This document shows positions 11,739 to 23,976 of a DNA stretch of 64,000 nucleotides, piece after piece. The notes beneath the pieces were generated by a model. The model was not told the DNA's origin and made no database searches. It worked only from the letters and a program-made list of their open reading frames with translations. Position numbers and translations under genes: made by a program. Within the stretch, counting starts at the first letter, position 1. Each line of letters begins with the position of its first letter. The stretch is from Amoebophrya sp. A120 (taxonomy: Eukaryota; Protista; Dinoflagellata). The stretch is taken from the NCBI GenBank assembly GCA_905178155.1, contig CAJINV010000008.1:4241420-4305419 (forward strand), written 5' to 3'.

Positions 11739-12158
11739 ATGGCCTTCGCGATTATCAAGAAGCTGCTGCTTGCTATCGCTGCTTTCGCAGCGGGCGCGGT
11801 GCATGCGCTTATCCCGCCTCCGCCCCCCGGGGTGGAGACTGAGTTTGCGGACGAGGCAGGAGCGCAGGAGACCATGGTGGGAAGTGATGGACGCGTGGTG
11901 TCGGCGATTCAAATGAAACTGGGGCCTTACGGGTGCTCTTGCAAAGGTACCTCCTGGACGCACCCGTGCCGGTGGAACAGGCCAGACGTGCTGGAACAAG
12001 CCGCGTTTGCCAAGGCCGGCGAAATCGATCCGCCGTGCGAAGGGCCGGGGGGGGCTGTTTGGCGCCGGGGTAAAACAGTTTCCTGGCGTCGGGGGATGCG
12101 CGGCATGGTGTGGAGAACAAAAACTGGCGAATTGGGGGATCAGCGAAACGGCGTATGA
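11739..12158 (+). CDS. Small putative secreted protein (139 aa)
   Basis: GC-rich ORF with a signal-peptide-like start (MAFAIIKKLLLAIAAFAAGAVHA), acidic segment, 4 Cys and an Arg/Trp-rich C-terminus. No family recognised. Confidence 0.6.
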   Translation: MAFAIIKKLLLAIAAFAAGAVHALIPPPPPGVETEFADEAGAQETMVGSDGRVVSAIQMKLGPYGCSCKGTSWTHPCRWNRPDVLEQAAFAKAGEIDPPCEGPGGAVWRRGKTVSWRRGMRGMVWRTKTGELGDQRNGV

Positions 12159-13786
12159 CATCGTGAATTACAACTAGCGTGCTGATGTGATGCGTTTGCT
12201 TCTAGTGAGATACGAAAATAAAAAATCTTCAGAGATGATTCGCGCTCTTCTTTTCTTTTGGTGTTTCATTTTACGTTCGAAGTATAAGCACCGAAAGTCA
12301 GAACTAAAAAGCGAGAGGCTGCAGTGGACAAAATACAACTTGATAGCTTGGCCATGTGTAAAAATATCTTCGCTGGTTCGGTGAGAGTATCAGAACTACC
12401 ACAAAGCTCGAGCATCTGCCTTCCAAGAAGGCTAGCTGTAGATGCTGAACGTCGAGTATCCAAGCTCTCGAAAAACCGTGACAAGCACGGAAAATATGAA
12501 GGAGCTCGCTGTGTATGATGGATGAAACTCAAATGTGTTGAGACGCTTTTTTTCGTTACTGGTGAACCTGATACAGTAGTCAGTAACCATTTCTGATGTG
12601 GAATTCGAATCTGCACGGAGTGGCCACTAGATTGTGGCTCCGTCCTCGAGGTTATAATTTATCATTTGTTCATCTTTTTTTTCAAACTCGAGCCCAAACC
12701 TCCGCACGCCCCCCCCCCCCTAGTGCAGGATAAATGATGGTGGTGATTTTGATCACCGTGATCAGCAATTATCTCAGTTCAGGTTATCGTGTAGAGAAGC
12801 AACATGTAGTGAAAGTTCAAGTTACCGATTTTTTTCGGTTGCATCGATAGATTGCACATTGGAGTCTTGTTGCGGATCTGGATGGGCACATGAATTGTAA
12901 TTGTAATTCGCAGATCCTCAGCGACAAAGCTAGCATTCGAAATCAATGCCAGCATTGTTTCTAAAATTTATTAGTAAACCGTGGAAGTTTTTTGAGTTAG
13001 AGATTGAATTTGCCACATCTTGTTGCTTCTTTGTAGTGTGCCATTCAAATAATTTTGGATAGCAGAATGGGTTGTGTGAAAAGTTCCCAATTTTCTACCA
13101 CACGCGCCGTGAAGTGTAGTTGCATGATGACGTCCTTCAGCAACTACACGATAATGGATTGATTGATTGATGATTTTCAGATGTGGGTCAATCTTTCCTT
13201 TTCAGGTCTTTCCCTTCCGAGTGGCATGTTTCTTAGATTATGCCCGCCATCGCCATTTGCCTTTCGCCAGAACTCATGGTTTGGCTTAGCACGACCCCGG
13301 TGGGGTTGTTTCACGCCGAGTATTGACTCGTCGTTATGTTCTTCCTGCGCCGACCTCTGCCGAAGCAAGTGGCTGAGTGATTGGGTTGTGCCACCGCGTA
13401 TTTGACGATCGAACGGGAGATTGCCGCGACAATGAAGCGACAAGACCGCTTCGTATACGTGTCCCTTCCCGTTTATGGAAGTGTCATGATCGAAATCGTC
13501 AAAGTTGAAATAAGTAGTTTGTCATGCATACAATGCAACGCAAGAATTGCCTCTATATTGCAGAGGACGCAAGGCAGGGAGACTGTAGTGGTGGTAAGGG
13601 TCGAGAATCGGGCTGCTGATTAGCATCACAGAGGGGAACCCCTTTGCTCTAGACCGCATGACAAACTGGCTTCCGGTACGGACAAAATTCGCCACGCATC
13701 GACTAGAAAATGTGCGCCCCATTGGTATCGATTTTATGCATTGCGACGCATTTCAACTTTGTCGATTTCGATCCTGACGCTTCCAT

Positions 13787-16700
13787 ATGGTTCCAAGCGC
13801 CGAGGTTGACACGTGGAATGTACACGGTTTCTTAACGTTGTTGGCACACTATGGGCCCGTGCTGAATCGCCCACAGACACAAATCGATCCGACGCTGCCG
13901 GAAACCTCAGCACCCATTGGGGAACTGCGCGATGGGACCAGCAACAGCGGTGATGTCTTTTCGGAGACCGCAGAAAATTATGGGTTGGTCATCCAGCGCG
14001 GAACGGAAACCAGTACTCGAAAAGAATTTCCTCCCGCTCCGGACAAAAATGGCGTATGCGAGCTGGATGCTCACTCTGACGGAACTTCGGCCCGAACCGC
14101 GCTGTTGCCGGAAGCCGACGAGGCTACGCTCGGCAACTACAGTGCCGTGGATAACGAAGAGGAGTGGGACGACCACGTGCACGATGAGCCTGCTCCCATG
14201 TGTCTTGCATCTTGCGAGTCCTTTTACGAAAAGTCCACCGCCAGGTCCGCCGAGCTGAAGGCCGAGGTACGTGTCTTTGCAGCAAGTAGATAGAATCAGC
14301 TTCATTCGCAACTGCTTCAACAGGGAACAAGCGCGAAATATTGTGTGAGGAAGTAAATTTAAGCTGGCAATAGTATGTTTCCTCTTCACGAACGTACATG
14401 CATTCCTAGCCCGTTTGCATGAGCCATATGGGTAGCACCTAGGTGTGGCTACGACAAGATGAAGCAAGTATTAGGCTGAAGATGCACATTCGTTATCGTT
14501 CGACGAAAATATTCTAACAGGTCGCTCTTTTTATCCAGAGGAAAAACGTACCTTCCCCATACTTGGTGCTGTCACTATGGGTATTCTGCAAGGTAAACCG
14601 CGAATTTCTTATGTGGCTATGCGGTGTAGCCGTACCAGTTTATCTTGTGTCCGGATGGATGCAATATCAGTATGAGTGGTTTACAAATTTGACGAAGAGT
14701 TTCGTCCCGGGCAGGGGTATACCAAAGATGTTTCGGGCATGCAATTCCAATATGCACGACAGGTCTGGAAAGTAGATAGGGACGTTTTTATTCAGGAGAT
14801 TTTTGCTGCAGAGGAAGGCGCAGTTGCGCCGCGAAGGTGGTAGAGCTGTGCAACGGGTACTAGGTGGCAGCACAACCGGAATGGTAGCGAGCCCTGCAAA
14901 CAACTCCTTGAATGCAGAAAGGGGAGTCGAGATTTTTGCACCACCCACGGCTACTCGCGGGAAACGCGACGAAGTGGGTTTTGAGGACCACGACAGCAGC
15001 ACCGACAACTTCTTGGTGGCAGAGTTGCAAAAGCGGCTACAGCAGTGTCTCCTGGAGCGGCAGCGAGTGCAGTCGAATGTGGATTTTGTGCGGAGCGTGT
15101 TCTGGCCGAAGTTGCGAATCGTCTCCGTCGCGGACGAGGAGCATGAGCCAGCCCGAAAAATTGCCGCTCTCCTGCAGGCACCAGGCTCGCGTTTGCAAAT
15201 CCAAAGTGCAGCTGGCTCTCCCACAGATGTGGAAGATGCAACTTCGGTCGGGCACAAAGGCGCTGGCACGGACGAGCTGCACGTGAGCGAGACGGAAAAC
15301 AAAGGTGCAACCGCCAACGCATCATCTCCGTCAACTACATCTTCCGCCCGAGCCAAAGCGCTCTTGCTGCAGCCATCGAACCGAAGCTCCCACCTGAGCA
15401 AGCGGCTGTGCGCTCGCAGCTCCGCCGGGACAGCCGCGGCTTCTGCTGGTGGAGTAAGCGCCGTGGTTTCCGGCACCAATCCAGCTTCTTCGTCGAGTGC
15501 TATCAGTAAACCCAGGTGGGCCGGCTCCCAGCGATCGCAGCGGCCGCAGGTTTTTCCCACAATTGCCCCGCAAGTGTCCGTGGCCTTCGTCGGAACAGAC
15601 GGTCGCAAGTATCTCTACGGCACATCTTTGTCTGCCAATCGGGTTCGGGGCGGATCTGGTGCACACAGCGGCCACCGGTGGAACAGGAACATGTGGTCTG
15701 GAGGTAGTTCTACAAGAACTTGTGGTCCGACCACCCCTTCTCCACCAGCGCGGGTAATTGATGTCGAAAAGGAAATGCTGGAACAAGATATGGTGGGCGA
15801 AGTCGACACTTTCTGTTCCTGGATCGTGAACTTTGAACGAACCAACTTGATGTCCATGATGTCGCATCTGGACGCCGATGCGCCGAGTGATGTTCCTGCA
15901 AAAGTCGTGGGCGAACCTTCTGGTACAACAATAAACGGCGGTGGACCCTTTGTGCCTACTGCCGGCGCTCCTTCTTGTTTCGAGGTTCCACCGGCAGGAA
16001 TAGGAGCGCTTGTAGTTATTCCGGAGATCCTGTTCGCGATTGCACCCAACCGCGAGGAGACCGCGTTGCACTTCGAAGTCTGCCAGCTGCTGGTCGCCTA
16101 CCACGTAGCGAAGCGGCACGGGATGGAACTGCAACAGGCCCTGGGCATGACGGGTTGCCAATTTGCAACGGTTGGAGGCAAGCTCCGCGAAGCTGCTGCA
16201 AGCGCGACGATCGGCGCTGGAACATCAACACACTTGAAGCAACAGCTACTGAAAGAGGAAGCGGGAGAAGGGGTAGCGGGGGTGCTGATCGAGTTCCACG
16301 GGAGAGAAGAGAATGGTTTTCAACAAGAAGCCACAACTAAAGGGTCTCGTGGTCCTGCTGAAGATAATTTGTTCTCAATTTTAAAGGAGAAGCTGCAGGA
16401 ATCGCTTTTCGCGGAGGACATGACCGCGGTGGAAAGCATAGAAACCAACGCCGCGCCTTTGGGGAAGATGAAGTCGTTGCAGGTTTGGGGAGACAAGGCG
16501 TCTGGCGCTACTTCTTCTACCAGCGCTCGCCCCTTCGAACAGCACACCGGCGTCGATTTGCTGTGCGAAATGGCGGCCAAGTCGCCGTGGTTCGCCAACT
16601 ACGGCCGCAGCTTCCGCTCCACGGGACAAAGCCGACGGAGCCGCGCCGTGCAGCCGTTCAATTCTGGTTCAGTGGCGGGGGCGGTAGCGGAGTCAACATC

Positions 16701-19700
16701 TGGAGTAGATGCTTCTTCGCCTCTTGTGGATCAACATGCGGAGAATGAAAGAACCCGCCGAGAGACCTTCTTCGAGAGCAGCCATGATCAGGCAACAAAT
16801 CCTGGGAAAGAAAATCATTTCCCGTGCGAGAACATCAACAATAGCGAGGGTAGCATGCTGGTCAACAACGCCAAAAACGATGCCCAGACTCAGATCGCGC
16901 TGCACTCCGGCCTGTTGCTGCTGGGGCCCATGATCATGGAGCGGCACTTCCACACGCCGACAATGGAGGCCGTTTTCTGGCAGCGGCATTGGCTGAACAC
17001 GCGCCGAAAGCGGGGCATCTGCTTGGAAGAATCACGGGATCTTCCGGATCGGTCAGGAGATGGCGAAACTCCCGTTCAAAATGCGCCACAACTAGTGCAG
17101 GTCGACGAAAATAGACCAGAGGCGGCCGACGATAAAGAGTGTTCGCCCCCGGACGGTGGCACTGACGCGGCAGATACGGGCGCGGCAGACGAGAACCGCC
17201 AGAACAGTAGTTGTAGGAAGAGGCTAATCATGGAGCAGCAACACTTTCTCCGTCTGTTCAAGCTGTATCTGGCGGAGCAAACGGCGATGGCCACAAAGGA
17301 CGCCTGCAGCTGCTTCTCCAAACGGGCCAGCTGCAGCGCATGGATCACGTTTTTCCTGCAACGCTTTGCTGCTTTTCATGCGGATGAATTGTTCACCTCT
17401 CGAACTGGTTCTGGCGCGACTGTGAGCGACAGTGTCGGAGCTGACTCAGACTCGGACCGCAGTCCATCCCCACCTTCGCTCACGACTTGTGTCTATTACC
17501 TCGAGGAGCTGAAGGTCCTGATGAGTACTAGGAGCGGCCCGCCCGCCGGCTCCCCTGTTGCCACGGAGCAACTCCAGCACCAAAGAGAGGTGGAGGGCAC
17601 GACGACATCACAGGGCCAGGAGCCTGCGGTTGAAAGAAATAAAATCGCGCAGGAAGACGAAGTGGAAGAGCGGCGCGGGGCAATAAAAATGCTAAAGTTA
17701 TCAGCCACTTCCGAAGACAACAACTCGGCCTCCGAAGATCATCTTTCGCGACCACGACTTGGTGACACCGGTGACCACGGTAGCTCGGCTCGGTTGCCGT
17801 CTTCAGAGGTACCAGTCCGCCCTAACGTGGTGGAGAGAAGTACAACTAGCAGCAGTTCCTGCGGGGGCCCGAAGTGTGGTAGTACATTGAACCCGCCGCA
17901 GCCGCCGTTCTTATTTCTCATCGCGGGAGACCGCGCGCGCGACCGGGAGCTGGACCAATTGGATTTTCTCTTTTGTTCAGGGTCAACATCATCTACGGAC
18001 GAACAAAAGAAGCGCACTGGCGAAGAAGAAAATGAGTCTGAAAATGAAATAAATCATGATAAGAGACCGGCTCGCTCTTGTCGTGTCTGGCTTGACACGA
18101 ACGTGGAATACGAACTAAAGGCCATCGTCACCGCCCGGGCAGCGTACTTGCGACTCCCGAAAGCTTCCAGCGGAGAGGAGCGAGAACCTCCAGCGGGGAT
18201 GAGCAATGACACACCACCACCATCAAAGGACGACAGCGGCGGCGAAAAACTGGTCTGGCACTGCTTCACAAATGTGTTCCCGGAGGCGATCCCTCTGGCC
18301 GATTCGTTTGACCCGCGGCAACTCGCCGCCACGGCGGAATTCTACTTTTTCGTACGGACGACGTCGAACTTGGGAACGAATGCAGCTCCTACAGGTACTA
18401 GCGCAAGAACGGGCACTAGCAGTCCAGCTCCGAGCACTACGAAACGACCAGCGCCGGCAGCTGTGGCGGGGGACCTTCGTGGCGCCTCGGACAGTGGTCC
18501 TTGTGTTCTTGAGAACAAAGAGGTCGCCGAGCGACAAGGGTGTGAGCGGGCAGCGACAGGTGCAGCTGCTGCCAAGGGAATTGCGTGTCAAGACGGCGGT
18601 GAAGAAGTCAAGGCAGCCAATTTCCCCGGCAGAGGGTCGTCGTCCTTCAACTTCAGAGCAGCCTGGCGAGAAAACTACTACGCAAGAACCGCCTCCTGGC
18701 TATTCTCCCAAGCAGGACGGATTATGCACACGACGCCCAGCGGGCCTGCAGGAAGTTTGTCACCCCGCGACGAGCAGGACCAGTTGACGCAAGGTCCAAA
18801 ACCTGCCTGTGTTTCCGGGCCGGAAGATGGCGAACCGGAGCAGTTGCAGCTCCAGCGTCGGCGAGTTGGAGGTCTGGCGACGCCTTTGTCCGATTTTGAA
18901 CAAGATTACTTGGATGACGCGTTCTGCGGCCTTCGCGCCTTTACTCTCCACCACGGCAGCACTACCAGGCACGGCCCCGCCTGCAAGCGGCTGTTTATCG
19001 AAAGGAAAAATCCCCCCTCCCCATATCGAAAACGAAATTTGTGATGCTGTATTTGAGGTCACAAATCGACTTGTCATGCTAGAAGGCCAAGAGCCGCAGT
19101 CGTGGCCTCGTTTGCAGGCAATTTGTCATGCTGTTTCCCGCTCTCAGCTGCCTGCTATCATGCTGAAGATGCAAGGCTTGACCACGGCACCCAGCACTTC
19201 CCGTGTAGCATGACAAAGCTGATTTGTGACAACAAATCTGCATCACAGATTTCCGTTCTGATATGGGGAGGGGGGATTTTTCCTTTTGATACTGTTCGCG
19301 CGCCCACGACTGTGCCCGATCAGCCAACCGGAGAATTTCGTCCGGCAGAACCAGCCGGGGCTGGGCACGACAGGCGAGGTGGACCTCCGGTATGTGTTGC
19401 GCCCGGAGCTGCACGAGGAGGTGGAAGCCTTTCGAATCAAGTACCCGCTCTACAAGCGTAGTCCCGCGTGTCTGGAGCTTTGCGTATTGGTGGAGCACGA
19501 GCAAGATGTTGAAATTGTGCCGGAACCTGTACACGACGGACGCGATCATGGTGCGCTGCGAGGCCAGCCGGACTACGCGCAAGTGAAAGCGCACGGCACC
19601 ATCGAAAAGATCGTGTATTTCCCCGCGGACAAGCGGGTCGCGGACCTGGTCAAGTTTCTCCAGAAGCGAAATTTGATGGCGCCGCCCGCCGTGGAAGCCG

Positions 19701-21711
19701 GGGCCACCGGTTCTACCGTGTCGGGCGACGTGCTCCTGGCGTGCACCGGTCCCACGTTTGGCCTGGCAGACCACACGCAACCCGAGTGGGCTTCGCACAC
19801 CCTCTCGTTTCAGCACATGCTGCCCGAATTACCAGACAGAAAGATGAGGCTAGCAGACGGACGTATCACGTTTGACATGGAGTAAAGATCATAAATACGG
19901 CAAAAATGCATGCACATCTACACGGGGCGCGCCCATGACAGATTCTTTGTTTTTGCATAACGGTGCTGCAAAGGTTTTTGATGCGGTGCAGCCGGGTATG
20001 CGTTGCGCGGAGGTCTACTCTTAAGCATTACAAATAGGTCCTGCTGTCCTGCTAGAAGCTTTTTTGTCTTGGATGCGAATCCGTGGTTGCAGACTTCTTC
20101 CGGGACGCCCCGCGAATCGCCTCGAACGAGCTTGATACCCACATTTGGCGTGAGGAACCCGCTTTGGCGCCCCCACCGTCTCCTGTCCCCGCCCCGGGCG
20201 AACGGGGGCTGCACTACGAAGTGCCTGGGGAGACGAGTCATCGGGCAGTTGTTGGAACGACTACGAGTGAGGCCCACGAAGCCGGGCATGCGGAAGCAGA
20301 AAATGCAGCGGGGACGGCGGCGCAAGAAAGTCAGCAGCTTGACACCGCGCAGAGCGTAGCTGCACTATCCCTGTGCCCGGAAACGCCCGACAGCCACGAA
20401 CTTACCGTGTGGCAGCAGTTGCACTGGGGAGTGGCCGGGACGCTGCGCGCGCCGACCCCAGCAGACGAGGGGGCTCCTTTGAGCGAGAGCTTGCTACAAC
20501 AACCCAACAGCAGCTCCGCACATGCAGAAACACGCGATCTTGGAAAAACAGGACCAGTCAACAACACTGGTTTTACTACGGTACCAGCAGCGCAGAGCAA
20601 CTGTAGCGCCGTGCCGACTGCGACCGAGGAGTTCTTCCTAGCACAAAACAGTACGAAGCAAAAAATGTCGCAGCAACCATTTACGTTTCCCTTCCGCCTG
20701 ACGCCTTACGCGGTGGTGGTTGACGAGCTGGAGCACCAGAATAGTTGCAGGAGTACAACTACATCAAGGTGTCCTGCTGATATCAAGGACATCAAAGTAG
20801 AACAGCCACCAAGAGCACCACCCCAGTTTCACGTGATTGACTTTTTCAGCAAGAAGCATGGGAAAGCGTGGGTGCGGCAGCGAGACGAGCCGCCGGTTTC
20901 ATTTCAGAACCCGGCGCGGATGCCGCAGCTGCCGGCAAGCGAAGTGGTCCGCACTGCAGCGCTCACGGAGGTGCTGGCGCGGCAGGAGAGGAGCGTCGTG
21001 TTGGTAAAGAAAGCAGGCCTGCCGCCCGTCGTGCTAGACAAGGCTGCTGCGGTCTTCACTCGCGCGAAGAATCAAGAGGACCGGGGTTCTACTTCGCGTA
21101 GAATGTTGTTGAAAAGCAGTAAGCCTGGTGGCTTGAGATCCTTGGCTGCCGGAATTGACGAGCGACTGGCGATCGCGAAGTTCGCACTCGACAACCCCGC
21201 GACTCACAGCACTCACTGGCGCGCGATCTGGGTCCGCATCTACGTCCCGGCGCACTGTGTCGCACGACGCGCAGAAATATTTTCAAACAGTACTGCTCTG
21301 AACGGGAAATTTCTATATCGCCGCGAGGATAAAGATTCGATCGTGCCAGCACGTAGTTGTACAGCAACCACCTCCGTGCTATCCACAACGCAAAGTGTGT
21401 TGATTTTTGTTGACCTGAACAAAACCTGGCACGAGAACCTGTGGCCCGTGGTGACGCGCGTGGTCCTCGGCAAGACGAAAAGTGGTCCTCCACCTGCTGA
21501 AGCTGCGCCGGCGACAAAAACTACAGGCCGAAATATGAGGGAAGACCGAGAAAAACAGCTACAGCAGCAAAAGCAACCCCGTCGTGCAGGGCACCCCACA
21601 GTGAATCACCATGCCGAAGATGAAGAAGACCCTGGCTTGTTTTCTTTATGCCTGTACAAGGAGGTAAGTAAAACTAAGAAGCACCATGCTGATGCTATTT
21701 GTTCAGCATGA
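13787..21711 (+). CDS. Large hypothetical low-complexity protein (multi-exon)
   Basis: Long ORFs 13787-14293, 14803-19044, 19286-19885 and 20083-21711. The 2nd and 3rd join (CKRLF-ARPRL) after introner removal. Gene ends and other junctions are uncertain. Confidence 0.65.
18996..19291. mobile_element. Introner family B
   Basis: Long TIR TATCGAAAGGAAAAATCCCCCCTCCCCATATC...; TSD CTGTT; no GT or AG at the boundaries. Confidence 0.95.
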
Positions 21712-22133
21712 TGGAGCTTGTAGTTCTTCAACAAACATGTTGCACACCTTGTTTGATGTCTACGAATACAGTGTGTGTTTGACTCACGACTTCTCTCCCG
21801 CAAGAATTTATTCGGGCAAAACAAGTTGTCGCTAATCATAACGTTGTTCCGACGCAATAGGATCGAAGTCAAATATTGTATACAATGCAAAGGTAGCATT
21901 CGACCTCCAGCGTGTGGAAGCCAGGAAGCCGGGTGAGGAGCCAAGGTTTTTCCCCGAGAACGTGTGCATGGTGCCATCCCTTGTCTGCCGCGTCGAGCCG
22001 TTACACCGGTTTTTCTATTTTATTTTTTTTGAAATCGTGTAGTCTTGCGTGTTTTTCAGCAAAGACACTCAATTAGCATACCATCGTGGTCCAATGCGAA
22101 TCACGATGGTATGCTTGCGACGAACGAAAAGAG

Positions 22134-23739
22134 TATAGTTGGAGCTGAGTCCGTTACGGTTCGTTCCGGTTCGTTTCACCGTAACGAACGAATTTTCGTT
22201 CGTTCGTTACGGTTCGTTATGGTTCGTTTCACCGTAACGAACGAATTCCCGTTCGTTCGTTACGGTTCGTTACGGTTCGTTTCACCGTAACGAACGAACT
22301 TCCGTTCGTTCGTTATGGTTCGTTACGGTTCGTTTCACCGTAACGAACGAGCTCGTCACGAGCCGGCACGCCGGAACGAACGAATCTGATTATGTGAAAA
22401 AGACGTCCGTGCGTGAACACTGCAAAAGGTGAAAGCTTCCTCGTCGTCTTTCCACGAGATGGCGAAGAAGATTCGGCGGCTCGGCAGTGTTGTCGTCGTA
22501 TCCGGTGCTGGCTTTGTGCTTTTTTCTTACTTTAGCGAGCAAGTCCGTTGAGAGCTTCGGGCAGGCGGTTGCTCGTCAAAGAGAAATGCGGCGCCATACT
22601 CGTCTCCGTGGTCCGAGCGGGGCCCTGGGCGGCCGTCCGAGTATGGCGAGGTCATACGCGTGCTCCTCGTGTTCTTCTAGGCGGGGCCCTGGGCATCCGA
22701 GTGAGCCGGCCCGGCTCGGTACTAGTGTGGGGGCCAAAAAATCCTGCAAGCGTGTCCTCCACGCGGGCGGCCCCGAGGTGCGTCGTGGTTGCTGCCTGTT
22801 CTTGGCGCACGTTGCGCAGCTGACGGTCATGGTTAGTGGGCGTCGAGCATATAAATCGAGAATACCCTCCTGCGGAATATTTCCCGCGGCGGTATCCTGC
22901 ATTTATAAACTTGCTCGGTACTAGTGTGGGGGCCAAAAAATTCTGCATGCGTGTCCCCCACGCGGGCGGCCCCTGGGTGCGTCACGGTCGCTGCCTTTTC
23001 TTGGCGCACGTTGCGCAGCTCACGGTCATGGTTAGTGGACGTCGAGCATATAAACCGAGAATACCCTCCTGCGGAATATTCCCCGCGGCGGTATCCTGCG
23101 TTTATAAATTTTACTTTGGTCTTTTGTGGATTGGTGTGCGCCGATCACGAGCCGGAACGGGCGACCGAAAGCCCACGCGTTCGCTCGTTTGGTCGTTAAC
23201 GGACCCCGCGAAGCACTTCGTTCGCCCGTTCGTTCGTTACGGGAAAACGAACCATAACGAGCTCACGAAAGTCCGTTCGTTCGTTCGTTCGTTTGGTCGT
23301 TAGCGGACCCGCGAAGCCACTTCGTTCGTTCGTTACGGTGAAACGAACCATAACGAACGAACGAATGAACGCAAATCCCTTCGTTCGTTCGTTCGTTCGT
23401 TTGTTCGGCTGCCAGACCCGGACGCGTTCGCTCGTTCGTTACGGGGAAACGAACCGTAACGAACGAACGAAAATGCATTCGTTCGTTCGTTCGTTCGTTC
23501 GGATGCCAAAGCCAGTGCATTCGTTCGTTCGTTCGTTTGTTCGTTCGGATGCCAAAAACGGACTCGTTCGTTCGTTCGTTCGTTACGGTGAAACGAACCG
23601 TAACGAACCGTAACGAACGAACGGGAATTCGTTCGTTACGGTGAAACGAACCGGAACGAGCCGTAACGAACGAACGAAAGTTCGTTCGTTACGGTGAAAC
23701 GAACCGGAACGAGCCGTAACGGACTCAGCCCCAACTATA
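22134..23739. mobile_element. Non-autonomous foldback-type DNA transposon
   Basis: ~165-bp near-perfect TIRs (TATAGTTGGRGCTGAGTCCGTTACGG...) built of ~52-bp CGTT/AACG-rich subrepeats; possible TA TSD. Confidence 0.9.
22714..23111. repeat. Tandem duplication of a ~199-bp unit inside the foldback element
   Basis: GCTCGGTACTAGTGTGGGGGCC...TTTATAAA starts at 22714 and 22913. Confidence 0.9.
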
Positions 23740-23976
23740 TTGGACGAAAATTTTGAAATGCTGCAACAGTCACGCGAAGTCGTCATTTTCGTCGGAATCA
23801 AATACGCATAAACGCCACTATACCGTCCTAGTTCGTTTTACACAAATTTTGATCCGTTGTAGGTAAAAAATGTAGATAAAAAATGTTCAATGTTTACGTG
23901 TATTTATAACAATTTTGATTTTCTTTTTTGTCCCACGCACCAAACACAAACAACTACTCACTCGCAATTCGCATCA

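Noticed and set aside
18996-19044. Recurrent peptide RKNPPSPY / IWGGGIF in many ORFs as a protein motif
   Set aside because: It is the translated family B TIR.
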